Assembly (NCBI GenBank): GCA_030264375.1
Contig: JASCQW010000032.1
Coordinates: 40,391,032 to 40,455,031, forward strand
Reading direction: 5' to 3'
Source of the DNA: Carcharhinus longimanus
Lineage: Eukaryota
DNA length: 64,000 bases
Shown here: piece after piece, positions 40,811 to 54,951 of the stretch
Numbering within the stretch: the stretch's first letter is position 1
Layout: each line of letters begins with the position of its first letter
The notes under the pieces: generated by a model
The model's database searches: none
Told to the model about the DNA's origin: nothing
Seen by the model: only the letters and a program-made list of their open reading frames with translations
Position numbers and translations under genes: made by a program

Positions 40811-42365
40811 TAGATATAATGGTTATATGTAGCCATGGAAAGCTGTGTTGAGCGTCGATAGATATAAATATGCAAGTTGATTGATTGTGATTGATATTAT
40901 ATGTGACGTTGTGAATTTTGAATGATATAACAGTTCAGAAATCATGATGTTGTTTACTTTTATGTTCTGTGCTTCCCTTGTTTGCCTATTCGATATTTAT
41001 GTGACAAATTACACAGTGAAAGAACTTGAAAATAATTAAGATTCTGAATTTAAAACATCTGAATTATGAATTGTAACCAGTGCCTACTAATACGTGTTGC
41101 TGGATAGGTTAAATATTGATAAATTACATGACTAAATGAATATGAGACGTTATCAATTGACCTTGGTGGTAACTGCGGTTAAAAGTAGACTGCTTTTCAA
41201 GGAGATAGGTGTTGCACAAAAGTCAAAGTCATATACTGCTTACAGCTTCTTTTAGCATTTATATGCTCTGGTCATTTAGACTGTGCCTTGGAAAAGACAC
41301 TATTTGCCGCTGATTAATTGCTACTTATTGGGGCTTTTCGCACACATTGTAACTGAGTTTCAGTGACCTCTGTTTGACCAAATATTACAAAATATTTTGA
41401 AAAGTTCGTTCAGTTTCACTTTTCGTGGATGGTTGTAGAAGAGAAAGGAGGCTCCATTACGCTCAACTGTCATAGTGGACGGGGCAGACATTTTTTTTTT
41501 GGGGGGTGGGGTGTTAATATGAATTATAACTTTGCATAACATGGGCCAGGCCAAAACACCTACACGACAGGATGCTGTGTCCACGCAGAGACGAAAATGT
41601 GACTTCTTTTAGTTAAAACAAATGAATTATGACAACATTTTGAAACCTTATCCATAATAAGGATGCACCACTGCTCGAGAATATAATTACTTCCAACCGT
41701 ACTACTGGACGTTTTGTTTATTTTTGTTGTTTTACTGTTACATATGCGGGGATATCTTTTAGCTGGCATGAATTCAATTCTGGTTTGACAAACCAACGTG
41801 GGCCGTTATTCCACACAAACATCAACCACTGCAACGCGATTTCGAATGTTTTGAACATATTAATGAATGTGGCAAAACTATATTTTTGTGGCGCCTATAA
41901 GGAAAAAGAATTACAGTGGAAATCTCAATGCAAGTACTAAGAGATAAATGTTCGGGAGAGTTTCTGAACATTTTCTTTATTCAGCATCGTAGGAAGCAGA
42001 GCAAGTACATATTGAGTTGAAAATTAGGCAACGTCTGAAGCTGAGTAAATGAACAACGTCTATGTACTATCATTAGAGGTAATGGCTGAAATGTCACTTC
42101 TGTGAAGGTGTAAGGGTGGGAGAAAACTGGGGTTTACAGGCATCGTGCATGATCCTAAAATCTATACGTTCTGAGAATTGATGCAAAAGTTACCCCTGTA
42201 GTAATTGGAGTAGTTCATACGTGAGAAACTATTTCAACTGGCTTTAACTAGAGGGTGTCTGTGTTGAAACACATAGAAAAGGCGAAGGGTAGGATTGAGT
42301 CCAAAAGGTCAAGGGTTTAGAGGTCAGTCCTCCAGGCTGAAATACAGCTAATCGAATAGAAAATT

Positions 42366-42382
42366 TGTCCTCTTGGTGAACC
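42366..42382 (-). promoter_or_regulatory. HoxD4 3' neural-enhancer DR5 RARE
   Basis: Minus strand GGTTCA-ccaag-AGGACA, 2.5 kb downstream of the HoxD4 stop; half-sites match the known Hoxd4 3' RARE (GGTTCAnnnnnAGGACA). Confidence 0.8.
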
Positions 42383-43143
42383 TGTTTCTACAGTTTAGCC
42401 GAACTTCAGTAAAAATACCTTTTCAGCTTCTCAACATGAAGGCGTCAGAAAAGGACATCTTTGCTTCGCGTGAATCTTAGCGTTTTGTGCTGATGACAAT
42501 GATTTAAATGGCATAGAGAATATCACTCATTTATAATATCAAGACGTGGATATATTATAGTAATGTCATGTGCAAGTCTGAGAACTACACGGCTTATCCT
42601 ATAAAGAACAAAGCATCTTGGAATTCGCCTTTTCAAACAGCCCATGTCCAGCTAAGCCAGCTGCAAGCTTGCAGGGCAGTAAAGGGACAGGAAAGAGAGC
42701 TGCACCGACAACTTTCTTTTGTTACTGAATGCTACAAAATCGAGTTTGAGCATCGAAATTCCTCGGAAATAGATTTTCTTGACTTCTTGCATTTTGACGG
42801 AATTCTGGCATTTCCATCTAAATTGCTGCGTGATTGCGAATAATGATTTCCTGAGAGTTGGTTTGGCACGGTTTCCTTTTAGCGGATTAGCTAGCCCATT
42901 AACACGATACCCTCCGGACTTTTTTCTCCCTTTAAATACACAGCCTTTCTACCGATAGCTTCGATTATTTTAAGGCAATATTGTGGACACTCGCCATCTT
43001 TCTTTTCCAAAGCTCCAGTTTTGCGGGTGGCAGAAAAATCAAATGACCGAAATCTAAGTCATCTCACATTTGTTCGCGCGGTTTTAGTAATGTGTGAGGA
43101 GATAGCCCTCAATTGTAATCACACAACTAAACACAATCGCTCG

Positions 43144-43177
<34 letters not shown>

Positions 43178-44888
43178 NNNNNNNNNNCATTTTGAGAAGG
43201 CTGTACATTCAAATGTTGGGCAATTCCTCACAATAATAACTTACATTAACTGTGCCCGGGAGAGTTTCTTGAGCATTAAAAAATGTATCTTTATATTTAA
43301 CTTATGGAGTAATGTTATCATGAAAACAGTAAGGCATGTTCGAATAGCTAATGTGCTTTTCCTTCGGGGCACCAAAAAGACTTCATTCTATCTAAATATC
43401 TGGATATCTTGCAATGAATGGTCGGTTTAAAACATCGCATAAAGGAACTGAATGTGAAATGTCCATGACATACCAATGTGCCACTGATTGATATCGTGAG
43501 AATATTGGCACAGTGCATCCAGTCCTGTGTTTCAGGAAGTTCTGACTCGTTTCGCCTGCTTGTAACAACATAACATTAGCTTCCTTCAAACTGCCAGAAA
43601 CAAGAATCTTCAGCAATTTGTGTTTAGGTGTAAATTACCTAATTGAAGAGCCTCTCGGCTATTGTCCCTGTCCCTCTAAATCAAGCACCAGTGTGTCTTT
43701 ACAGATTAATAGGCTGGTAAAAAAAAACGAACAGGCTCTTCACAAAGCAAAATATACACGGTGTGGAGAGTTTCTGTTTCTAAACTGTGTACCTTGTAGC
43801 ATTGTTGTTCGCTCATCCGTTCTGGAGAAAATCGAAAGGAAACGCATTCCCACTTGTAATACTAAACGTTCACAGATTGGTGTAACCAACTTACTCATTT
43901 ATCAACTAACAACCCGAGAAACAGAGTTTAACAAGCATCCTGAACACAAAGTACTGTTGCAATATTTCACTAACCGCATTTCTCTTTCAGAAACCTTGCT
44001 TTAGATTACATCGGTTGGTGTCGTTTCCTAATTTGATATTGAATTGGAGACACTAGATTTTTTGGCATTTTGTATTGTTGCATGTAAGGTCTATTTTCAT
44101 GACATTTGCACACGATAGCGTCGCAACAGGAGCGGTCGTCACACACAAGATTCCATGTGCAGATACCGAAAAAGGAAAACCACTCACGCTATTTAGCTTA
44201 TTACTACTAAATTTATTTTTGAACTTTAGTAGTGCGTACGAATTTTGGTATCGTTCTTGAACATAAAAATGTATGCAATCTTGCATTGTAGACTTGTAAC
44301 AATAATCCATCCAGCAGCACAATTACAAATACCATTTTCTCATTTTAAATAAAGAAACCACATAACACTATCTAATTCCTGATCACTATAAATCTCAAAT
44401 ACCAACACAACATACACAAAGAGATGGAATCGCAAAAATGCACATTACAAGCAAAATAGGTGTGGAAATCAGAAATTACCACAACAAATCACTGGGCCTT
44501 CATCGTAAAATAAAAGACCATGAACAAGCGTCGGAGCCTTTCATTTTCATGCGAGCAGACTACACATGTATCTTCCTGGAGTGTACACCTCGCCATGTCT
44601 TCAAGGTCTTAATGCCTCGCACTTGTTAAGGTTACTAAGGTGTACTGCATGATAAGAATAGCCACTGACTAAAATCGCAATGGTTTCAGCTGCAGCTAAG
44701 GTGACTTTCTCCTTTTTTATTGTTTCATTTCCTACATTTAAGAACAAAGGTGAGGCACAAGACAAGGTCCCTTCAATGCCATAAAAATCAGCAGGAAAGC
44801 ACCTACAAGCCATGTTATCGGTACATGCAATTTCTGCCTGGAAATGTCTCATTATATACACTTAAAGAGCCACTTAGAAGAAGTGTTT

Positions 44889-45199
44889 CTATAAACTTGT
44901 GAGGTCTGTTTGTTGGTCCTTGGAAACAGTTTGTAACTGTTGATTGGAAGTCGAGGAAGAACCAGAGGATCTGGTCTTTGTGTTAGGCAGTTTGTGATCT
45001 TTTTTCCACTTCATTCTTCTGTTCTGAAACCAAATTTTGATCTGGCGTTCGGAAAGACATAAAGTGTGAGCTATTTCAATCCGACGTCGTCGTGTCAGAT
45101 ACCTGTTAAAATGGAATTCCTTTTCCAGTTCTAAAACCTGCTGCCTTGTGTAGGCAGTTCGTGAACGTTTTGGTTCCCCTCCTGTGTAATTAGGGTTCA
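44889..45199 (-). CDS. HOXD4: Homeobox protein Hox-D4, exon 2 (homeodomain); gene span 44889-46070, 240 aa
   Basis: Acceptor TTGTTTTTCAG|TG; [75 protein letters not shown]; ends [10 protein letters not shown], like the HOXD4 C-terminus. Confidence 0.96.
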
Positions 45200-45454
45200 C
45201 TGAAAAACAAAACAATTCAAAAACCATTCAAATCTGCACCTAAAGTTTGTCAGCCGCTTTCACCAGTCAGCCCTAGAGGCAACGCCTGCACCGTAATAGT
45301 ATCTCTGCTAGGAAGTTCAAATAGATATATATATATTGTTACTAAGGATCACTTTAAAGTTCTTACGGAATTGGGGATATAACATGTCCCTGTTACTCTC
45401 AGGCTCGAGTTTTCACATGGAGTCAGCCACATGGCCAGCGGCCTATTTCCTCAG

Positions 45455-45482
45455 CAATAAAAATTTATGATGGGTGTAATTG
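45455..45482 (-). promoter_or_regulatory. HB-1-like homeodomain-binding element in the HoxD4 intron
   Basis: Minus strand CAATTACACCCATCATAAATTTTTATTG, a cluster of ATTA/CATAAA/TTTAT sites as in the conserved group-4 intron element. Confidence 0.7.
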
Positions 45483-45658
45483 CTGGTCTTTTTAAAAACC
45501 GCTCATAAATCCTCCCTTGAAGGAGTTATTTACGGTAGACCTGTATCAATGGGTCACAAATATTTGCCAGGGATGGCGATGCAGCATGGGGGGTGGGGAG
45601 GGGAGGTAGAGGAGGGGGGAGGTGGGGGGCGAAAGGGAAACCAAAAAGTGGATCTTAC

Positions 45659-46070
45659 CCGTGTTAACGTGGATTTTCTTCATCCAAGGATAAACCACTG
45701 CTGGTTGTTTGGTTGCTGTGCCGTTTTGACTCTTTGGATTATGTTGCTGCTGGCTGCAAGGCCGGCCTATGGACACTTGGAGCGGTGCAACGGGCTCCCC
45801 CTGCCCTGTGAGGTGGTTCTGAGGAGCGGGCTGTGCCTGCAGATGACCCCTCTGCTGCACTGGAGAGCCCCGAGCGTTGCTGCAGCTGTACGACTGGCCG
45901 CTGTAGTTTGACCGTGGATAGATTCCTTGGTGCTGAAATTCTGAATCCTGCGACTGGCTGTAATACTCTGAGCAGTGGTCAGGTATGTAGTTATTTTGCG
46001 AGTATTCCTCGCAAGGTGGAAATTTGGGATCCACATATTTAGTGTTCATCAAATACGAACTCATGGTCAT
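45659..46070 (-). CDS. HOXD4: Homeobox protein Hox-D4, exon 1
   Basis: [40 protein letters not shown]; donor CGG|GTAAGA, phase 1. Confidence 0.96.
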
Positions 46071-46195
46071 TAATTTCTGAAGGTGGAAAATACTAATTTT
46101 TCTCCAGTTGTCTTTTTTTCCCGTTCCATAAAGCCCTCCTACTTGCTGTCAACTGAATAAAGTTAGTCACCCATGTGACCGTGCGAGCCAATGGC
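46071..46195 (-). promoter_or_regulatory. Conserved Hox4 5' leader/proximal promoter (CCAAT + E-box; splice acceptor just before the ATG)
   Basis: Plus strand CATGTG-N10-CCAAT (46172-46192); minus strand TTTTCCACCTTCAG|AAATTAATG immediately before the start codon. Confidence 0.65.
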
Positions 46196-47419
46196 GTGGC
46201 CGGGCCCGATTCCCGGATAAGGAAACAGCTAATGACAATTTTTTACAAACTTCGTCCAGAAAACCTTGATTTAAAAATAAATTTAAAAACTGCAAGGTCT
46301 TGATTTTCTCCCCCCAGCAGCCACTAAGTAATTGAAACTGGTTCCGGAAAATACACACAGTTGAGTTTCCCATTTGGAGAGAATAATTGTCCACTCACTG
46401 AGCGCCCGAATATTGCTCAGGTAATTTGCTCTTTTGTTAAAAGAGAGATTTCCACCATTCCTTGCCGCTTTTCAAATAAATCAAGGAGAGCGAACTCATT
46501 CGGCATGTTGATGTTTGTTGTTGCAGCTTTTTCCCCGGGAGCAGCAGGACAATAGCGAGGGTTCCTGGAGAAACGGCCAGTAGTCCAACGCACGCAGGGT
46601 GACAAAGGAATCATCCAGTTAGCCAAAAAAAGGAATAACGGAGCTGAGGGAAATAATTACAGCCATTACCGATGCAGAAAGATCTTTTGGACAAAGTTAT
46701 TCAAAGGCAAACATGGGCCTAGTTCAATGTAGTCAGAACAAGGCATTCCGTATCACATAAAGCACTTTGCCTGTGTTGCTTAAGGACATTGCCAGATCAA
46801 AAATACTTTGTTTCTAAAGTTGAAACATTTGCAAGACTGGGGTATAAGTTTTCTATCTGATGGCCGAAACATTTATGCTGCCATTTTTTCACAATTCGTT
46901 TTTCTCTTTTCACATTCACTCACATCTCTTATCTCCCTAAACTATTCCAATAACTCACTCTCCTATTTGTAACGTGTACAATTCAACTTTAAGTTTTGAA
47001 CTGAGCCGCATTCTAGATCGATTTAATTCCTAAGCTCTAAAGTGATACGAAAACCGCCAGCCAATCTTTGTAGATAATTTATCGTCATCGCCATGGAAAC
47101 AGGCAGCTTGAGAAAGAAATACTTAAGTTTCAGTAATCTTAGATTTCCGGAGAGTAAATCCGGAAGTTTAGAAACGACTACATTCTCAATAATGATCAGG
47201 AAATCAACACGTTAACCATCACAGTTCGATTGCAAAAGAGAAGTAAAATAATCCATTCAGTTTTGAGCGGCGAGATCTAAAAGCCTACTCAATATTGAAA
47301 ACTGGATTCAAAACAAAAAGAGACCATTCCCAATTAAATCATTCAGTATGACTTAGAACTTCATCAATCTAAACAGTAAAGGCCACGGAGAGCAAACTGC
47401 TGATTTTCGTAGTGTTGGC

Positions 47420-47500
47420 ATCGACCATAGACTCCCCTAGAAACGAATCTGTGACAGAAACATCACACAAATTCGGTTCTACAGGGTATATATAGACGAC
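47420..47500 (-). ncRNA. MIR10B: microRNA miR-10b precursor
   Basis: Mature 5p TACCCTGTAGAACCGAATTTGTG at 47488-47466; 3p arm ACAGATTCGTTTCTAGGGGAGT at 47452-47431 pairs with it; ~1.4 kb upstream of HoxD4 on the same strand. Confidence 0.97.
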
Positions 47501-49108
47501 GGGTTGCAAACAAATTCGGTGACTAATTACAATATGGGAAAGTGGTTTAAAAGCTCCAAGGGGTTCATGGCGTGCAATATTAATAACTAAAAAATAAAAT
47601 TCAGACACAGCGATTGTTAAACAATTTAATTGTTTGGGCATTGGGAAAAAACATAGAAGTCGTTCTTTTATAACTGGTAGCTGATAGCAAACATTTCTAC
47701 GTGCGTTGTTCGGCAGTGACAGCAACATGAATCAGCGTGCAGAGTTGGTTTGTGCATACAGTCTACAAGGCAGAAGTTATCATTTGTTACTGTTCTTATG
47801 AACCCTTCGTATTTCACAAAGATTTTATAGGAAACAGTTTGTACCGATCCGCTCCAGCTAACATTACTAAGTGCCCCAGCGTGAATCAATAATTGCTCCA
47901 GATGCTAATAATTTGAACTCACCACTAACAAACCGCAGGATGTTATAACAAATATCGCCCGGCCTAAACAATTCCTAAATCTAATCAAAAAGAAGTTATA
48001 CATGATAATGTAAATATTGGTTTATTTCAAAGTGTTCTCCATTCAGTGCTACTTTCAAGAAATGATAGCAGCCCAGGAAAAAAATAACGATTGTTTGTTC
48101 TATTCTAATCTCTTCCTCGGAGCTGGATCAAATAATAAATGCTGGCAGAGTGTTTCGAAATCTAATTACCATCAATTGGATCGCCATATGCAAGGAAAAA
48201 ATGCATATTATTTAATCTGCCAACTAACTAGGATTCCCTTTGCCTCGAACAAGTCTAAGGTGGTTTCTCAACTCTCGTGCATTGTAGATTCCTTACTCTG
48301 CTCTCCACACTGTCCCCGCAGTGCCACCGCGTTGTGTGTTAAAGGCTGAAGGGCACGGGGTCAGACTGAAATCATTTACAAACACCTCGGAAAGTTGCAT
48401 TATTATTTTCACTTTAGCGAGCGCCGCGCGCCTGACCTTTCGCAAGTGTGTGAATCTTTCCCAACTTACTGAGTTTACAGTAATTCTACCCTTGTGCCTC
48501 TAGTTAGAATAACGCACGCGAGTGGCCAAGAACAAATATAAGCCTTCGGCAACGAAAAAAAGTAAGTGTATTGAACAGTACAAAGGTTAGACTGAAATGT
48601 TTTGAGCTGCACTGATTAACAAAGTAAAACGGAAACTGTACTTTCTGCCACGAAATGGGACTGTTCACTTTGTTTCTCTGCTGCTTCTGTCCAGCACAAC
48701 AAAGGTTTCGTTTTACCGACGTTTTATTGCAGAGCAACTAAACTAATCCTTTACAAATGTTCAGCCTTGTGTTTAATCCTTGAGTAAATTGCTGCTTTGA
48801 TTATTTTACCTTCTGTTAAAAAGAATCATTACGTCGCTAAAAGTTTGGTCTTGTTTACCTGTGATTTTTTTTCGTTTGCCCCAGTGCATTAGGAAAGAGA
48901 AAAAAAACTAAACAGTTTTCGACAACCAATGACACCAACGAAATGCACCGGCAGTGAATTCAGCTTTAAAAAAAGCCTTTTTGCAAAAAAAACCCCAGAT
49001 ACCGTTACATCATCCGCTAATTGGAAAGCCAAATCTCTTTTACTGCTCAAATTATCGCAGATTGTGAAGCTGATTGGTGCTACACATTTTAATATTTGTT
49101 AGACGCTG

Positions 49109-49125
49109 TGACCTGCATTTCACCT
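49109..49125 (-). promoter_or_regulatory. HoxD4 5' DR5 RARE
   Basis: Minus strand AGGTGA-aatgc-AGGTCA, matching the mammalian Hoxd4 5' RARE as recalled; 3.0 kb upstream of the ATG. Confidence 0.85.
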
Positions 49126-52100
49126 TACTGCTCGACTCGTTCAGACAGGTCAATGCCAAAGAGTTATTGATGAACAAACCCGATTAAAATTCACCTCTTT
49201 TTTAACTGCCCACACAAGTGCTGCGACTTTTGATCTAGCAGATTTTGACCTAGAGAATGTCAATGCAAAGTAAGTGTTTGGGAAGTGAACCCTATATTTA
49301 TTCATAGATTCAGTTGTTCAATGAAAGCTATTATTGCCATGAGCCTGCTCAGGGCCTTCCTGCGTATAAACACAACGATTTAAAAAACAAAATTGAATTT
49401 TTAAAAAGTTCACCTTTCCAGTGACCCAGAAAGCCATTTTCTTGCAGGAGTCCACTCAGCATAAGGAAGGCTGTTTTGCTTTTCAGTAGCAATTACCCTT
49501 GATTACTTATCAACGCCTAGAGATTCACATTGTAAAACTTAGTGCTGACACGAAGGATCCATTGCGCTGGCCCATTGCTTTGCCAATACCGGCTAAACAT
49601 TATCTGGATCTATTTAAAGTGAGTTCTTGTTTGACGTTTATCTCGTGGCATAATTAGGCCGTTACTCGGAGGGCAATAGAATCGGATATTATGGGTAAAT
49701 ATAGACGAGTATCTGTAAATGTCTGCATTTGATATCCTTATGAATGCTTATAATTAGCTGAGGTGAAGGAGCAATGGCATAAAACAGACACAAGAGGGAG
49801 GCACAAGACTATAAGAAAAACAACACAGACATGAATCCTTANNNNNNNNNNTATAGTCTAGTCAAAGGTTAACATACCAATCAAAGTAACCCAAGTGATG
49901 TAGCAAGACACTTTAATATTCGCAAAGCTGATAATTGTGAAAGGACAGAATATTTCTAGTTCTGGCTTGCGAGAGCCAGATTGTAATTCAAGATGTTTTA
50001 CTGTCCCTTTTGCAATAAAGATTTGACACTGTCTAATTTGACGTGCGATTTTGGTTACTTTATTGTATTGCGATATTATTAACTTTTCCTTAAATGTATA
50101 GTTTTAATGTATTATCTTCATGAACCTATTGATAGAATATTTTATTTACTGTATCTTTCATAGTTAACAAAATGCAAGAAACTTTTGAATAATGCTTCAA
50201 TTTAAAAAATGAAATTTTGCAATAAGTAATATCTATCAAGAACCTGGCGGACTNNNNNNNNNNNNNNNNNNTCATAAAAGGTAAGCCTAACCAATACATA
50301 ACACAATAAAGGAAAAGCTGTGCTTTAGTTAAATGAATAGCTAATCTGATGCTCTGGCAGCCATAAGGCTTGATTTTTGGCCTACATGTTTACAGTGACT
50401 GTGATATCTGGAGAGCTTTAACATTTCCTTTCGCCCACACGCTTCTGTTGGCTCAATAAGTGTACGCTTTAAATATCTGCTGTAATTATTGACACGTCAT
50501 TCGACAAAGTGATTTTACAGATGTTTTTGAAACCGGAACAATAATTTTCCTGCAAATGACCTTTTACAGATGCAGCCTTGCACTGGGAGGCGCTGTGCAG
50601 TACATTACCAGTTCAAAATAACAACCCAACTAAATCTGACTGGATATATACCGTCACAGTTAAACACAAACATTAACTGCTTTTACTCTGTACCTAGACG
50701 TACCCTAAGCCTTTCAGGGAAACTGAATGTAACAGCATCATTTCTCCCATGCAGTTATACAAATTGAGCAGAATGTCAGGAAGAAAGAAAGTTGTGCACA
50801 ATTGTTACTCGAATCCTGTTAGAATCCATGTAACCACTCCCTTTAGGCCCACAATGTGACCGTCTCATTTTCTATATAGACCACATTCGAAACTAACATC
50901 CGCTCCCAACTATTCGCCAAACATTTAAGAAATAATACACAGCTACTTACGGAAGAGCCTCTTCCATTCTGCGAGATCTGCAATTAAATAAAATCGAAGT
51001 TAGATTCAACAGTTCGGATTCAGCGAATCACACAATAAAGATAGAAATCAGTGGAATTACTTTCCGGTTCAAACTAATGTTAAAGTAACTGTAATATTTT
51101 TAACTTCGCAAGTTCAGGTAAGCGGTCTTCATGACTATTTTCAAAGACAAAGATGCGACCGACAATATAATTTATGCTACAGTTAGAACTGTATTTTTAC
51201 GTGCAGCACTTTAAGCAAAAATTCGACCATTTATATACGGCGAATCATCATTAGTTTCATTTTACACTGTTTAAGCACAGGAAAGCCATGTGATATCACA
51301 TATTCTAGGCAAACAACAGTTTCAATATTGGTTTTACATTGCTTTGGCCGTCTCTGACAATACAAATTTTCTCCTCTCACGAGTTAATGTGACCATTCAG
51401 TGCACTTGTAAAATATATCTATATGCATAAAACGTCGATTTGTAATGTTAAGCGACATTAATGAAAAGAAAGTCCTCTGTGGGCTGATACCCACTCTCAA
51501 ATACGTTCTCGAATATGTTGGCAGGTATTTTCTTGAGGTTGTGTTTACTATTCTTTTCAAATGCGGATTTTATTGAACATTTAGAGCAGAGAGAAAAAAT
51601 CTCGTGGTGTTACTCAGCCTCGTTAACTTCGAATAATTTCGAAATCTTTCTTTTTCATTTCTTAAAAAGTTTATCTCTTAAATTCTCCATTAAAGTTGGC
51701 TAAAGAGGGCAGGGCATACTGGAGTTTTATTTTATAAAATAAATCCGAATTGTGTATGAATGTGCTGTTCACATTTTCTGTTGTCAGTGTCAACAATCTT
51801 CATCTGGGCTCCTTGTATAGAGCCTGCCCCTGTCATGTTTAGTATTTATTCATTTTCTTTTGCATTAGTATGGCATTTTGGTTCCCATTTCGCACTGTTT
51901 AAGATTTCATAGTTCCCCCACCCCTCCCCCCGAAACGTTGTCATACCATTCTACAAATTTCAGCAACATGAATGTAGCCCATAAGTAATATCAATGTGTA
52001 AGTAAAAAAAAATTAATAGGGTTAATTCATTTCCTATTGCCTCACTATTTGCGGGACACAAAAGGACTGAAATGGGAATTCCGAACTAGTTCTCACCAAC

Positions 52101-54699
52101 TGCACTGAGTGTTCTGACTCCGTTTATTGAAAAAAAGGATATTTTTCAGCAGATATTTGGAGAAAATGAAAATGTATTATGCAGCACATTGTTCGCCATT
52201 GTTCTATATTTCTATTCCAAATTGTTCGCAACTCTGAACAAAACCCTGATACCTATAACCGAACAAATTAGCTGAAAGTTATTATGCAATCTCAGCAAAT
52301 TAATCCAGGTTGAGCAAGGAATGTGCTGGAAATGTTTGATTTTTCTTTAAACTTGCAGAATTATTCCTTGAATTAGGCCATATCTCCCAAAGTATATTTC
52401 AATCAAACTCTCAAACTATACAGAAACAATTTATATCCTGCACATTGCTTAGTTCTCCGACCTCAATTTAAAAAAATCGATTTTCAACGTATGGAAGTGT
52501 TACATATTAGGGAGGGCTGTGCAGTAAATATCTTTCAGAGCTGGCTGAATAAAATGACTTATCCAACACACGTGACCAAGCTGCATGAAAGCTTCTTGTT
52601 TTTTTAAAGCACCCTACTTACACTAGGTTTATTTCTGAATTTTTCATTTCACTGTTTAAATGCATTACGACACACAACATTCTTCACGATTAAGCATTTG
52701 AAATTGTCGTTGGAAATTTAGTAGCATGTATAATTTATCATTAGTTTCGAATATTGCAATATCATTTTCATAACTGAAATATATTATATATCTAAAACTG
52801 GTATCTGTTGAAACTGAACTCACGTCGTACTGTGCTTTCTACTTTTTGGCTGGCCAAGGAAATAGTGCATGCGCCCAGGAGGCCCGAATGACATCAGGTG
52901 TCACGGATTCACCAGCTCTGCAACCGATTAGAACGAACTTGCTGCTTTTCCAGCGTAAAGGGACTAGGACACTAGGATACTGCCAATACACAGCCGTGGA
53001 ACAGGACAGCTTGCTTCTTGGTGTCACTTTCCACAGACCCTATCAAAAACACCAACCCATCTGCACTTGTCTGCTCTTAACCTAATATATGATGTGAATT
53101 ATATTTTGGCTTGTCAACTCCCCTAACCATAAAACAAAGTTTAATGACATCACGTGCCCCTCTATAGCCAGTCAGGAACCGGCTCTGTGGCGTCCATATA
53201 AATAACCCTTAAACTTTAAAACTTTTATTCACTAAAGACAGTCATGTTCATCGAAATGTTCTCCCAGTAATATAAAGCTAAACATTTGAGTGCCAAGAAG
53301 AAACGTGGTTTGGACAACAAGTTGCCTTTACTTTAAAACGCAGTTTGGGCAGTTCTTAAGCAACCACTGGGATCTGTAAGATTTGGTAAGTGTAAATACA
53401 TTACATGTATACGTGAGCGATATCTTCTGCGCTAGAGTGAAATAGAAACTGGTCGATTGGGAAAGGAAGCAAGAAGCTTTTTCAACAATTACGGAGTCCT
53501 GTGACTTTGTTTTCCTATTTCTGTCGCTTCAACAGCTTTAGTCATAAGCGTTGGGTAAAAAAGTATCCTCAGTGCAGTTAAGCTGGTAAGTTATTCCATG
53601 CAGTGGAATCTAATACCAAGTTGTTCGTAAGTTCCATAGCTCTTCCAATCAAGTCCCACCAATGGATGTATATTTGTTCAAATATTTATGTTAATATAGC
53701 AAACTCGTATTATTTTTTCATCAAGTAACAGTTTATCAAACCATACTTTGAAAATTACCGTGTCTGTAGTCTAAGTGCTGAGGTTTTTGAAGCCTGACTC
53801 ATGTCCTTATTTTAATAAAGTTACTGGAATAAGTATAATCTCGGCCATCAGCTCTTACCAATAATAATATTTCTTTTTAAATTCAGAAAATGCTCAAAGA
53901 CGGTTCAGCCCGAGGATCTTTTATGCTCTCTGAAACATTGGGGCTAGCATTAGGTGAATCCGGTTGTCAAAGGAATTGATGCAAAGTGAGAAAGTGAAAT
54001 GGCGTTTGGTTCTTTCACAAGTCACCAATTGTCACTGTCTTTATACTCCCATTAGAGCAAAACAAAACGCCAGGTGAAATGTTTATTGATAAATCTGAAT
54101 TTATTTCAGTGTTGTAGGCAAAAAATCACTTCTTTCATGTACATAGGACAAAGCCAGACACTTAAACGTTATATATGTACAGAATATACATAACAAGATA
54201 GACCTGGGACCACAGCAACACTCGTGCCATACACATTCCAAGGAATAATCAAACAAAAAACATTTTTATTGTAAAAAGAGGTGAAGAAACAATATTTATT
54301 TATGTTTATAAAACATTTTTAAATTAGAGTCTTAGCGAAGCTATAATCCGGTGTAGAATTTGTTTGTTCACCAGCCAGATATATAGTACAAGTCCATTCT
54401 GTTCTAAGACAAGTGGCTTGCTTGGCTACATTGCGTTTGTTGACCTCTGATTTACTCTCCTACAATCTAAATTTAGACATGGATGTTAGCATCAACATAC
54501 TAAAAGCATGATTCAACATATGTTGATGACAAACTGATAAATTGTATTCTCGCCTTTATAAATTGATGGCAAGACGTTGAACCCACTCGAGAACAACATC
54601 CCATTGAGGAACACTTAATGTGGCCAAGCAGCCTCTCCTATTGCAACTTAAAAAAATCATCTGAATGGTCATCTTATATAGCCAGTTGGATGGAAGAAG

Positions 54700-54951
<252 letters not shown>

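Noticed and set aside
43146-43187. Poly-G run as a G-quadruplex element
   Set aside because: It abuts an N gap, so its length is unreliable and it may be a sequencing artefact.
45480-46042. Antisense and alternative-frame ORFs over HoxD4 exon 1 (also those over HoxD1, D2 and D3)
   Set aside because: Shadow ORFs of coding exons; no recognisable domain.
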